Counted from the stretch's first letter, positions 36,868 through 50,477 are shown. The stretch is 64,000 nt of DNA from Octopus sinensis (GCF_006345805.1 NC_042997.1:160952001-161016000), one strand, 5' to 3'. Numbers and translations: made by a program. Notes: generated by a model from the letters alone, not told the origin.

Positions 36868-38574
36868 CAACAGGTTATATATAAGTAGGCTTAACTTATC
36901 TTATTAACTGAAACGGGGTGCATCAATTAATAGATGTTGGTAAAGCAAATCCTCTACAGTAGAGAGACATTACTCAACACAGTCTGCATTCCGAGCGACA
37001 CATGTGCGTTACAGTTGAACGCATCTCATGAATCCTCTTTGAAATAATTCAGTTTTTCAGTTGTATTCACTTCTTCACAGCCACTTTCACCTCGTCTGTA
37101 TCATTAAATCATCGTCCCCGAAGACCCTCCCTCATCGAACCAAAGAAGAGAAAGCCGGATAGTATCAAATCCGGACTATAAGGGGGATGGTAACCACTGA
37201 TATGCTGTTTATCGTTTGCTTGATTTATTGTCAGATATATATAGTCGCACATTGTCATAGTGAATGTGGGTTGTTTTCAGATTCTTCTTTGGGGACTTCT
37301 TAATAGCTCCCATAAGCTTTTTGAGGGTGTCAGCCTATCAAAAGCTGTTCACGATATGGCTACTTTCTAGAAAATAAAGGATATAAAAAAATCACTTTAG
37401 ACCAAAGTTTTTTAGACCATAGCGCATTAGACCGAAATGTTTTAGACGAAAAGTCCAAGGACCGTGTGCGTGTGTGTGCGTGTATTATGCAACACCCTTG
37501 AAGCATTTACTCAATACTAAAATGCATCTTTATGCATGACACTTCAATAACAGGATCAAAAGAAATCAAAATTTCGGCATACAAAACTGTAAAAGTTCGA
37601 ATACTAATACAGTCAATTATATTAAGCCAGTTATGTGGCAATACTTAATTTACAAAGTCCAGCAAATATATGAAGAGCTGACAGCCGTAGAGTTTTAACA
37701 CAACGATTTCAATTAATTGTAAAATATCTTAATATGGGACTTTTAATCTCTGGCAGTATTCCCCGCCATATTCTATCAATGATTATGTATACCAGCACAA
37801 GTTTTCAGATTTGAAGCGGTGGAAAAAATTTCCAAAGACTATTTATATCATAATGAAGTGGAATATCTTTTACGGTATAACCAGTTTAGGAGATTAAGTT
37901 TATTGTATGTTGTTCCGTAATCATTTCGAGAAGATTTCAGTGACGCCATCTTTTAAATGTAATGTTTGATACACTTACTGCAGGGAGCATGGAAACAAAA
38001 CCAAGTAGAAATTATGCCTTGAGAAAAACGTAATAATTAGTCAATGTTTAATAATATTTTCCTTCTTTTGGCAAGATAACAATTCTCGGTATGTTTCCAC
38101 GTGATAACAATCTTCACTATGTTTCAGCATTTGTTTTTCGCATTGGGAAATTAAAATGAAACATGATGTAATTGACTTACACAATAAACAATGCAGCTCA
38201 TTACAAATGTGAAACAACTGCAACGATAGATTACCTCTTCACTGCACTACTTGCCGTTTAGTGCTTAGTTACTGATGTTATAGATATAAATAAATCTCAT
38301 ATATGTGTATTCTACACTAATAGCATGAATATACATTAATTTCTTGGTTTAATTTCGCTTGCATCTTATTATCTTTCCAGCTTTATTAAAACATTGGAAT
38401 CTGTCTGTTGCACAAGTTCTTGCCCTTAGGCAAATGTGTTTATTTCTGTTTCGTTTGCTAGATGAAATAAAATCATACATGTTTCTATTTATCTTTCTCT
38501 CTCTCTCTCTCCTCTCTCTCTAGCTGTCTCTCGCTATAAACCTCTCTGCCTCACTCTTTCACTCTTTATTTCAC

Positions 38575-38642
<68 letters not shown>

Positions 38643-39715
38643 CACATGCATACATAAATATATAGATATAGATAAATAGATAGACAGACAAACAGACAGG
38701 TAGATAGATAGATATTGTGGCCTTCGTTAACTTTATAGCCAAGGAAATAAAACATGATGTTAATTTAATTTATAATAACTCAATAAAAACCAATCAAAAT
38801 GAAAGGTTAGTACATAACTTGAAGGTTCTTCTTTAGCTAATATCATGGCTCCCACCAAATTAGCTTTTCGTAGGCCCCACTATATATATATATATATTTG
38901 TGTGTGTGTGTGTGTTTGTGTGTGTGTGGGTGTGTATGTGTGTTTGTGTGTGTGTGTTTGTGTGCGTGTATGTGTGTGTGTGTGTATGTATATATCTTAC
39001 TATAATTGGCCTTATGTCTGTCCGTGACCGTTTCACGGCCAAACGACTGGTTACACTTGCACAAATCTTCGTAGTCTTACTAAGGACGTGTCGAGAATGG
39101 TTTATATCTTGTTTAAAAACTTTTATTGGAAAGAGTTGCTACACTGCTTCGTTTCGTACGAAACTAAGGAAGCTATTTCCGTATACATAAATAAAAAAAT
39201 ACATAAATAATAATAAAGTATAAGGTAAACGGCCTCAGTAACAAGACAGAAACAAAAACCTAAATGGTATTAATGAAAGTTCAAACAGTACTTTCAATTC
39301 TTATCTCATTATTATCTTTACAACGGTTCTGGGCGTTGATGGGGTGTGCGACACACTAAGTCACTGAGAGACGTACAGGGACACACAGGGAGACACAGAC
39401 AAAAAGAGAAAGACAGAGACAGAAAAAACACAGATACACAGAAACGGAGAGAAAGAACACTGTGAGTGTGTGTGCATGCGTTTTCTTTTGCATTGATGGT
39501 GTGTGCGAAACAAAAATTGTGTGACAGTGAGAGAAAGGAGAGAGAGAGAGAAAGAAAGAGAGAGAGAGAGAAAGCACTGACAGACAAAGAGAAAAAAATA
39601 CAGTGTGTGTGTGTGTGCGTGTGCGTTTCTTTTAACCACATCAACACACTTCCTCTACAACGATGTCAATTTCGTACAGCACCCAAGACAAAAAATAAAT
39701 AAATAAAAACAATAA

Positions 39716-39893
39716 TGTTAATGGCCACATGATTAACAACTTCCCAGGAGAAAGTCAACAATATTTAAGTTTGGACGCTATATTCGATGGAAATTATCAC
39801 CTGTATCCACAGGATTTCCTCAACACCTTGAATACATCGGGACTACCTATGCATAGGATCTCACTGAAAAAGTATTGTCCTATAATGCTGCTG
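39716..39893 (+). pseudogene. Helitron PIF1-like helicase fragment
   Basis: An open frame reads VNGHMINNFPGESQQYLSLDAIFDGNYHLYPQDFLNTLNTSGLPMHRISLKKYCPIMLL (consensus YPxEFLNSLxxSGLPPHxLxLKxGxPIMLLRN). It is cut by a SINE-C head at 39893. Confidence 0.85.
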
Positions 39894-40683
39894 TGAAGGC
39901 GCATGGCTCAGTGGTTATTTTAACTGTAGCTGCAATATTTTAAGTATAAATATATCTGTCCTGTACTTTTCCAGGTTTAATAACTTAAGAATATTAACCT
40001 CCATGTGTCCGCATTTTCCATTGTAATCCACATTTTTTAGGCAATGCAATTAAACTAATAGATAAAAAAGATAAATAGATAAAAACTAATGATTAAAAAA
40101 GTTTTCATTTTATTTTATACTTTTCTTGAATAATTTTTCAATTATTTTTCATGTTTGATGATTGAATGAAAATAAGAATATTAATCTAAATAAATAACAA
40201 ATAAATAGTAAGAGCACATTAGTTACACTGGCTCATGATAAAATCGAAAACTGTAACTAAGATTAGAAAATGAGCGAATGCATTCACACTGCGGCACGTG
40301 GAGCCATGCTCCCATGGTAGGTAACTTACCAGCACTGTAGAGAAAATTATTAGAATAAATTAATAGAAATAGATTTACGCTACAAAAGTGGTGCGGCTCT
40401 TCCTCGCTCTTTGTCTCTACATTTGTGGCGAGGATATGATGTTATTTCTAGCATTTGAAGTATCTCCAAAAAGGCTTTACCCCCATAGCAGCAGAAAAAA
40501 AGAGAAAGAGAAAGAAATCTTACTGTGATGCAACAAATATAACTGTATACTAAAAAAATAAAAATCAATGGATTAAGCGCCACATACTTTTTTTGTCACT
40601 TCATACCTTACGTTCTACAAAATTTAATGCATAAAATAGCATTTTTAGACACCTCGCGTTTTGATTTATCATTTGAGCGTAAA

Positions 40684-41238
40684 TCTCTATATATAAATCT
40701 GTAGTTGTGTGAGTGTCTGTCCCCTTCGATTTAGATTCCTAACTACTCTCACATTTTGCGGTGCAGTTTAACCAAATTCGGGTATCTTATAGTCGTGATT
40801 CATATCGAGCCCGTCTGAGTATTAGCGCGCATCTACGATGAGTCTACGATTTTAAAAATAATTTAACATCATTTTTTATTCCATTTTAATGCATAATTTT
40901 TCGTGTCGATGGCCGCGGAGTTGGCGTCCACGCTCACACCTGCACCTGTGGGAAAGGGAGTGTAAGGAAATCAACGTCGTAATGCGTTGTCAAGGAGACC
41001 AGCGTTCTTTTAGAACAACGACTTCATGGCTTGAAGACACCAAAACAGAAATGGCTAAGAAAGCTATTATATAAGGGAAGTAACTCTCTAAAAATGTCTA
41101 CGATGAGTCAACGATTTAAAAAAAAATTACCATCATTTTTTATTCCATTTTTAATGCATTTTTTTGCTATAACTCTCTAAAAATGCTTATATAGTTATTT
41201 CCCTTACAAACCCGAGCAACGCCGGACGATACTGCTAG
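40684..41238 (+). mobile_element. Non-autonomous Helitron (copy 1)
   Basis: A|TC start, CCCGAGCAACGCCGG(A) subterminal hairpin and CTAG|T end. Homologous to 63518-63909. Confidence 0.88.
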
Positions 41239-41767
41239 TGAAATATAGATTGCTTTTAAATTAGGAAAGTTTTTTGAAGCCAAAGTCGATTAGAGGTGTC
41301 CCTTACTTTTTTCGGCACCTTTGGCTTCACAAATTCTTTGTGTTAAAAATTCTATTGATAATAGTGAGGTTTTTGTTCCATCATTCAAGCTTAAATGAAA
41401 ATGAAACATAGTTTGCTTTTAAAATAAGAGAGTTAGAGTTACTTTGATTCAAAGTCGATATTTCGCTTTACTATCCCCTTTTGTACCTCGCATATTTTAA
41501 CGTAACTTTTTCCCCCGGTACCAAATTTTATGCTAAAATGTAGCTTGGGAGGTGACTATTATAGAACTGATAACAGTTTTAAATTTGTTTGAAAAATAAG
41601 TCAATGACAAAGCTTTGAAGAAGCTGCCAGTGAGTAAATGTTGGCCTTGAGAATATTATTCAACCACTACCGTGGTTGAATGATATGTGTGTGTGTGTAT
41701 TAAAGAAAATGAGACAACACAGCCAAAACTATGTGGTATTTCCAGGATATTTATAAAGAGAAAGTTA

Positions 41768-41815
41768 ATCTTACAGCTGTTTCTGGGATGCTGAGGATAT
41801 CCCTTCATCAGAGAC
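41768..41815 (-). ncRNA. Hammerhead ribozyme, intact core
   Basis: Reverse complement reads GTCT-CTGATGA-A-GGGAT-ATCCTCAGC-ATCCC-A-GAAA-CAGCTG-TA-AGAT, with a GUA cleavage triplet. Confidence 0.85.
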
Positions 41816-41959
41816 GATGTGAGATGGTTAAACAGAGGGAAATATTAAAGTTCAGTATTAGGAGTTAATAATGAATATATAGGGAAATAGGAGAATGAAT
41901 GTAGAAATAAAAATGTATAAAGATGTTATAGTTGCAGTTCCATAAACGATATATGTATG

Positions 41960-41992
<33 letters not shown>

Positions 41993-42077
41993 TTCGAGAC
42001 AAAACCACTATTTTGCAAAACAAACAAGGAAAGACTTAATCAATACATAAAAATTTTTAATATAAAGAAATAAACCG

Positions 42078-42120
42078 CCACTACAATCGTTTCATGTCTT
42101 CAATGACATTCGTCAGGTGG
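42078..42120 (-). ncRNA. Hammerhead ribozyme, intact, minus arm
   Basis: Exact reverse complement of 42174-42216. Confidence 0.88.
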
Positions 42121-42173
42121 ATTTTCGATCTCCTAATCTGTTTTAATTTAAAACAGATTAGGAGATCGAAAAT

Positions 42174-42216
42174 CCACCTGACGAATGTCATTGAAGACAT
42201 GAAACGATTGTAGTGG
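42174..42216 (+). ncRNA. Hammerhead ribozyme, intact, plus arm
   Basis: CCAC-CTGACGA-ATGTC-ATTGAA-GACAT-GAAA-C-GATT-G-TA-GTGG, with predicted cleavage 3' of A42212. Confidence 0.88.
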
Positions 42217-44106
42217 CGGTTTATTTCTTTATATTAAAAATGTTTATGTATTGATTAAGTCTTTCCTTGTTTGTTTTGCAAAATAGTGGTTTTGTCTCGA
42301 ATTAATATTATATAATATTTTACTATAAAATTGGATTTAATCCTAAATCTGATTTTTTCCCTGTAAATTTGGATTTATTCCCTAATATTTATTATATATA
42401 TATACGTGTGCAGTGCGCGTACACACATGCACACTCACACACGAAGGAAACTGAACCTGCCATGTAATTAATATTGATACTTTTTCCACTGGATATTGTA
42501 TTTTTTCTATTCTAAAGGGAACTATTAACTACACATAGATTCACGTATATATATTTCACCAGTATCTATGTCAAGTGTGTTTACAACATTTGTTCAAAAT
42601 ATTCGTTTTTCAAAAACCAGTAAAGCAAACCATCGGCTGTCATAATCTAATATTCTTTTTCTTTTTACGTTATCTCTATTCCTAACATCGAATACACTCG
42701 ATTACTCACGAAAATTTGACAAGTAAACCACAAAACTAAGTGGAAATATCCTGAAGGATTAGTTTAAATTTTCTACTTATATGAAATGATAAAGAAATAC
42801 TGCTGTTTGATATTTGCAAATATAAACGGAAATTGATATATTTCAATCATTTTACCCTGTAGCAATAACATTTATATTAAAGCCATTTTAAGCTAAATAT
42901 CATTACTTTTATGATAGAAATAATTCTTTCTAGATATAATTAACCAACCAGTTAGATGTTTTCAAAAAATATTTTCATCGCTTGTTCAGTGAAGAGAGGT
43001 CAGCGACGATTATACTTTTTAGGGTCTCTCTGAATGGTGTGTGGAAGAGAAGTAGTTATCATCATATGAATTCTTCTCTAGGTGCAATAAGAAAATGATT
43101 CACTTGCACGATGTTGTATTACACTGAAGCAATTAAACTATAGATATATCGATTATAGGAAATTTTTGCTATGAAATTGTCTTTCTGTTACAATCAATTT
43201 GAACACTTTGAAATTATCTGTTTCCTTGTATTGTATGATACATTCAATAAAATTCTAAAACTCTTGAGAAAAAGAATCATTTTAATTCCATGCATCTTCA
43301 AATTGATCTAATTTCCAAATTTAGTTACATATTCTAAAAATCTACTATTTCTCAGCGTTTCAAACAAAAAGCATTATCAGTTTGTGTTGCTATGAATTAT
43401 TTCTGTTTTATGATTACCAAAAAATAATACAAATTAAACGAAACTAAAGTTTGAATTATCTGAATTATATTTTATCTCAATATAGAAACAGCAGCTGTTA
43501 TTCATAATGTATGACTTTGAAAAAAACCTGCTATTGATTTACAATCTGTCAAATGTATATATAAATGTATTGTAGAAAAGCTGCGTAATAAAAATGTGAT
43601 ATGTGGACATGCGATATCCACTTACAACATCGCCTTAAACTGAAAACTTGTTTTAAATCAGTACACCTACATAGTAATCCTGTATCAAAAAAATAGACTC
43701 TTTGGATGAATGACAAAATAATGCAGTAAGTTATTACGTTAGTTTTTCACACATCTGTATTCAAATACTATCCAACTGAACAGAGTCTTCACATCTTACG
43801 GGTTTTGTTGTGAAGATGCAGTATAAATGATCGTTCACTGCTTTTAGTTATAGATTTATCTATTTCATATATTTGTTTTTAGAGATTGATACATTTTATC
43901 TATCGCGTGTTTTATCCTGCGTGACCTGTCTTCCGAAAACCGTTAAAAAGTTATTACAGACAATGCACGACTTAGCGTGAAAATCTCAGTAAATACATAC
44001 GATGAACCGTGCATCGTAATATTAAACTGTCAGTTTGATAATAGGGAAGATAAAATATAATGATATAGAAATATATTTAAATTTGAATTGCCTTATTAAA
44101 AAAAAG

Positions 44107-44785
44107 GGATCTTTACCTTTTGACCTACAGATTAAAAAAAATAATTTTTTGTAACTAAACACTTTCAAACTTCCGACACTAGTAGAATGTGTCATATAAA
44201 ACATATTTTATTCTTAGCATTTTTGAGAAAAACTAATTCGTTAAAGTTCTCATATTTCGGTAATTTCAACCAATCAATGACGTGTATTCAGCTGAATAAA
44301 ATTACTGCCGTTGTTTGTCAACAAGAACTTCCGGTGGTGTATTTTTCGTTTGTCACTGTTATTTATGACATCGTTCGTGCGGTTGTACTGGTTTTAAGGT
44401 TTTAGGGTTATGGTTAGGGTTTTAGGTTTAGGATTAGGGTTTTAGGTTTAGGGGTAGGGTTTTAGGGTTAGGGGTAGGGGTAGGTTTTTAGGGTTAGGTT
44501 TAGGGTTGTCATAAATAACAGTGACAAACTAAATATACACCACCGGAAGTTCTTGTTGACAAACAACAGCGGTACTTTTATTCAGCTGAATACACGTCAT
44601 TGGTTGGTTGAAATTCGAAATAGGACAACTTTAACGTGAAATAACTTCGTAAATATAAGTTTTTCTCAAAAATACTAAGAGTCAAAGATGTTTTATATGA
44701 CACATTCTACCAGTGTCCGAGGTCTGGAAGTGTTTAGTTACAAACAAATAATATTTTTAATCTGTAGGCCAAAAGGTAAAGATCC
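44107..44785. mobile_element. Foldback/MITE with ~265-280-bp TIRs and a TTAGGG-like core
   Basis: Arms at 44107-44370 and 44507-44785. The loop holds degenerate (TTAGGG)n at 44396-44507. Confidence 0.9.
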
Positions 44786-47593
44786 AAAAAACGTATTCTC
44801 TAGATATATGTTTCTAAGAATCTTTTCTTTCAATGGATTTCACTTTTCAATAAAAAATAACAGCATTTCATGAAGTTTTTTTTAATGTTATTGGTTTTAG
44901 CAAGATATTTCTTAGATTGAAATTTCTAATAATTACTATTTACAGACATTTTCAAGAGACTTTTCTTATTAGTACACATCTTTCACTCGATGTACAGTTT
45001 TGTTAAAATTAATGAAACAAACACTTTAAACTGAAAGCAGAGGCAAAAAGGGAGCATCAGAATGCATTCAGATAAGGTCGTATAAATTGTGAATTTCGTA
45101 TATTTTTTATTGTTTGACATACACATATCTAATAATGAAAACACCTCTAGCATGCCTGCATTATTTTACCAATTGCATTTACCTCACATAGTTTAGATTG
45201 ATGTCGTTTCTAAAACAACAAATTAACCCTCATAGTTGTACAAAACTAACAAAACTATGTAACATATATTGAATGCAAAGTAACTTCAGACGAATATATA
45301 TTTTGTTGCTTTTATCATATTTCTTCTTCGTGCTTCTACATACCGAAACCAAAATTAAAAGACTGTTTGCATTGCACTCACATCTAACATGCTTCAGTAT
45401 TATATAATATACCAGTGAGGCTACATATTTTGAAGGTCATGTATTGCTCAGAAGCCAACTTTTAGCTTCAACGAGCGAAATATTCTTCAATATACCCTAC
45501 AAATAAATCGTCTACGCATGAAATACAAATGAAAGAAAAATAGCGGTTTTCTTTTCAGCAAGTTCTTTCAGAATATCTGGCGTTGTGCCTGCACCATCTA
45601 AGTAACCTTTTTATTTTATGGTGTAAGATTTTATAACTAGCAAATCTAGTTCCATCATTATACAAAGGAAAACATATTTCTGGAGTGTTGTCAAATAATT
45701 CTGCTGTAGCAGAGAAAATTGCTGTGAATAAAATATCATGATTATTTTTCTGTAAGTTTCGAAGCCAAAATCGAATATTTGATCTTGTTAATGTTTCATT
45801 AAATGCTGACGACGAAGTCATTTGAAAAAAAGGATATATTCTTTCTGTTTTTCGTGTCAAAGAAGATAGTTTTTTGAGAAAAAGAGAGTAGCATGCGTAA
45901 AATACAATACTATTTCTGTTTAAAAATTACAGAACAACGATAATCTTTTTTTATAAAAACACTAAAAAGGCATCTCCCGTTGAATCTATTTCGTAATATA
46001 ATTCTTATTTGTGATTCTGACTTCATTCATTTAATAGTATTTTTGGTGAAGGTATGAATGTTAAAACTTCTCATTTTGAGTTTTAAAAATATTTCATATT
46101 TCTTTGTTGTTTCATTTATTTTGGGGGCAAATATCTCGAAAACATCTTTTCGTTTAGACACGAGTTTATGAATGCTAGAAAAAAACTATTAAATTTACTA
46201 AAGAGAACAAAAAGAAAGATGCTATCAACCAGTTGTCGCTTTATTATTTTGTTTGAAAATATTAAATGCAGAAAATGAGATAAAATGTTCAATATCTTGT
46301 TTCACGAATTTGTTTGTATGCATTCATCATTCAGAGATGCCGCGTACAAAACTCACTGTTAAAAAGACATATTACATTTATTCATCATTTAGATAAACTT
46401 TTATTCAGTTATATCCAGATTTGAGGCAAAATAATGGCATATTGTGTTGTAGTAAATCCGTCTGAACTTTAAGTTCGAATCTAGCCGTGGTCAACTCCAC
46501 GACTGCCGTAGATTGGCTGAATTGCTAAAGCGTTAGATGAGATGCCTAAAAGTATTTGTTTCACTGCTTGGCTTTCCGAAGTTTTGGTTGACAGTCAAAA
46601 CTCGTTGCCTGGTTTTAGCATCACTGAGATTGGTTGCGTTTATCGAAATTCAGTGTATCGCATGCAATCGAGCAAGGTCGCTGGTTTAAGAATTACTTTC
46701 TCCCTTCATCCAGCCGGTATCAGAGTTCTTAGCAAAAAGGGGTCATGAGGTCTACACTTCACTCTCGGATCTATTCATTATACTTTATCGGAGAAAAATA
46801 GCATTTCTAAATTACGCTCGATATTTCTAAATCGGTACTGGTGCCCCAGCATGGCCGCGGCCTTCGGGCTAAAACATTTTTAAGGATTTTAGGGATTTAC
46901 AGTGAGTCTAAGGATTATAAATTACTAAAATCACTCACAACGAAAAGAAAAGCCAATAGCTTTATTATTAATTCTGGTCACTAGAGGTAGGAAAGACTTC
47001 GCTGAAATTTGAATAAGCTAAAACTAAATTGAGAGAGAGAGCATTTTCCTGTTGTTATTTAATATTTCTATTCTTGATCTAGTATATAGACTCCTTACAA
47101 TAACATTTAATAACACAAAAAAAAATTTCTCAAATCATAAACACAAAAGGTCTCTTCCACTAAAGCATTTATACAAATATTGCTTTTACAGAAATATTCA
47201 TAGACACACCCACATGAGGTCGAATTGGATACAACAATCTTTTTATACAAATGATAGAGAAATGTAGTTTATGTTAAGATCCATGTTTTTGATCACGCTG
47301 TTTGGCCATAACAAAGTGAAAGATGTGCAAAGGAGAAGAAATGGACGGAATACAAATATTATAGTACTTGGTCCGTTACTATACTTTTTTATTTTTTATT
47401 TTCTGTGTTTTTCAGATGAAGAAAGACATGACTCACCAATAGCACCAATAACTACGACCTCTTTTCTTGTCTCTTAGTCTGGCGAGATGAAAGAGTGAGT
47501 TAATTTCAGGCTCGCGACCTGGTTCAGATGGTTGCAAAAACAGAGATATCTACTAAGAAATAATGCAAGCGAGCGGACGATAAATGAAGTCGT

Positions 47594-47633
<40 letters not shown>

Positions 47634-47648
47634 ACTACTACTACTACT

Positions 47649-47679
<31 letters not shown>

Positions 47680-49577
47680 CCGAACGCTTTCTTGTTCCAT
47701 TTTCCAAAACTTATTCACAGAAATTTTGGTCAGTCAGAAGCTGTGGTTAAAAGAAACTTGTTGCGTAGTGGGATTGAACTTCTTAAATGCGTAGTCATGC
47801 CTGCTTTCAATTACAAATGCAACAGAAACCAGTAAAACTTTGATATAGCCTACATACTTACTTTGAAGTTTAATTGTAACATATGGCAAAACCTGTTCGC
47901 TAGGAATTTGCAAAAAAGACTTACGCAGCTATAGTACAAAAATAGATGAATAGATATGTGTATGTATGTGTATACACATAATACCAACATACATCCATAC
48001 ATACATAATACATACGTAAATATATTCACATTTATATACATATAAACATTCTAACACAAACACACACAAGGATGCACACGCACAAACACACATATATGTA
48101 TACATGCATACACACACTTATATACTTTTGCCTGAGTAGCGAAAACATGACTTTGTTAATGATCTGTCTGTCTAGCAGAAGTAATATTTTACAGAGATTG
48201 TCATGACAGATGAAGAGTAAATAATCTAATGCTGTTAAGTATTTCGTAGCTCATGTTAGATGGTTGGATGAACCTAATTATGTATGAAATCGTGTTACCT
48301 TCTAATAACTTTAGACAAATTTCTTGTTCATCGTCGTGTCAACCTTAATCGAGCAGATCTATGAACAATGGCGTTCCGAACGTAGCCATCCGTATTTTAT
48401 TCTGACAAAGTGTAACAAGGACTACATTTTACAATGTGTCCCTCTGTTTAATACAGTAGCGGTAATTTGAGAAAAAGTTGGCTACTAATAGTAGGTCGAG
48501 CGAAGACGTAGATACTCGTTCATGAGCAGAGATGTTGAACAGGATGGTAATTATCGTGGTAGATGGTGTATGACATAAATATGAATGCGCATTTAGAAAT
48601 GAGAAGTAAACTCACTTAACCAGACAATATGACATACACCTACAGTCTATAAATATAATTGCTAAGCTTAACACAATCCTATTCTCCAGTTTGTCACTCT
48701 GGCATATGCCAACCGTGAAACACAGTGAGATAGAAAGACTGAAATAAAATAGCCTGCTAACACGCTTCGTCATTCATTAAAACTCTTTAAATGCAATGTA
48801 TACATCTTAGCCAGTTTGCACGCACACACACATAAACACATGCAGTAAATACGGCTTGCACTGTGGAACATTCCCTTCATCAGCTTCGCCTAGTTATTAC
48901 AACAATTAGATAACTTTCTATACATGTCCACCAATGGTGCCAAGGAAGACTGATGCAAACCTAGACATTTTCAGATTTTTTTCATTCAATTCGCAGTGGG
49001 CATTTTTTACAATCATCCATGCAATCTACACGAAACCAAGGGATCCGTAACTACCCAATGATTTTGTTTCACTACTCGTTGAGAATGCTTTCATCACTCA
49101 GCTTTTCTCTTTTTTAATGTGCTTCAGCAAGAAAAAGTAGAGCATATTTCTGATGAAGCATTCTATTGCTTCGCTCCGCAGATCGAAAAGAAAGTGCTTT
49201 TGTTAGGCCAACAGGTTTAAACTTGGGTAGTGCCAAAATACTTGAACGATATGTCGTCACAAAACTATAGACAAACTGTATCATTCCAAGTTAACTGTTT
49301 AACAGTGTCTGAGATAGAAGTACATTATACAGAGATTTCGAGAAGAACCGTAACTTAAATTCATCTCAGTAACATAATTCACAATAGTTTTCTATGCTGC
49401 CAATTTTATGTTGGCGAAACTAAAATTTGCTTTATATTCGCCCGAGTCTAACTCGTGTACTCCGTACAGCTGCAGTCATCTCTTCCATTCTCAGGTTGAA
49501 TTATTCCACCCCAATCACTATTATGAGTACTCATGAATCGAACAAGAAGTGGGTCTTAATAATCTCGTAGCATTATG

Positions 49578-49793
49578 CGAGGGTGTGCTGAAAAGTTCTG
49601 GCTTTAAGTGTGTCGCGAAACTTCTATTTGGAGGCTCAACTTCCCGATTTCTTTTACAGAGCTTAGAAAAACTAAAGGACCGCTGCAATAAGTGCGCGAA
49701 GCTGAGAGGCCAATATGCTGAATAAAGTCAAAATAGGCTGATCCTCCTGTACTTTCTTTTACCTAAAGACAGGAAATTTTCAGCACACCCTCG
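49578..49793. mobile_element. Mariner-derived MITE
   Basis: TIRs CGAGGGTGTGCTGAAAAGTTC and GAAATTTTCAGCACACCCTCG, with TA on the right. The interior encodes LEKLKDRCNKCAKLRGQYAE*, like a transposase C-terminus. Confidence 0.88.
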
Positions 49794-50418
49794 TATAGCA
49801 GTAGGATTTTATTATGAGTTGTGTTAAGACAATGTGAGATTATTAGTAGCATTCAACATCAAAATTACCGCATAGCATGATGGGAGACCTAGCCACTTCT
49901 GCAGGAAATTGGTAGCACATATTTTCACAGAGAGATTGCAAAACGTGTTGAAAGTGAGGCACGAAAGAAAATACGACCAGTAGCTTCGGTGATCGGTGTA
50001 AAAAGGAAAAGAGAATAAGTTTCGCCGTGTGTTTATTGTCCTTGTGTTTCTAATCCTTTAGGATATTCCTCCTGGTGTTATACTTTTCGTTTTCTGTCCG
50101 ACCGTAAGGCCGTATTCTGTTTATTTATTTCAATTTGTTCATATGTCCATATTTCTTCTTGTTTGTTTTCGTCTTAGTCGTTCTTCCATCCTCTAATGGT
50201 CTCGCCTTGAGTTACACTGTCTTCATGTTTCTATGTTAACGTTATGTAATGCATTTCTGTATATTTCTTGTTTGCTTGTTCATTTTCGCTCATTTGATCC
50301 CTTGTTCGTTGGCTCGCCATTTGCCGGCGACTTCATGCTGCCGGCACCACCAGGAGCCTCAATATTATCGTTGAAGACGTGAGATTACGTTTGACCACCA
50401 GGCCGATTACTAATGGGG

Positions 50419-50419
<1 letters not shown>

Positions 50420-50463
<44 letters not shown>

Positions 50464-50477
50464 TGTTTGTATGTATG

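Larger units (their letters stand above)
41980..42314. repeat. Palindrome with 166-bp arms and a 3-nt loop
   Basis: Arms at 41980-42145 and 42149-42314. I see one mismatch. Confidence 0.97.

Noticed and set aside
37397-37463. CRISPR-like array
   Set aside because: 6-bp repeats and 9-bp spacers are far too short, there are no cas genes, and the context is eukaryotic.
44396-44507. True telomere or chromosome fusion site
   Set aside because: It is short, degenerate, in one orientation only, and enclosed by TIRs.
45480-46400. hAT transposase remnant on the minus strand
   Set aside because: Only faint DG and SK-K-MFSR resemblances, and in the wrong order for hAT.
48850-48890. HHR on the minus strand at 48877-48883
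   Set aside because: A GGAA/TTCC hairpin is present but there is no GAAA or cleavage triplet.
49145-49190. HHR at CTGATGA 49150
   Set aside because: A hairpin follows, but there is no adjacent GAAA, stem III or stem I.
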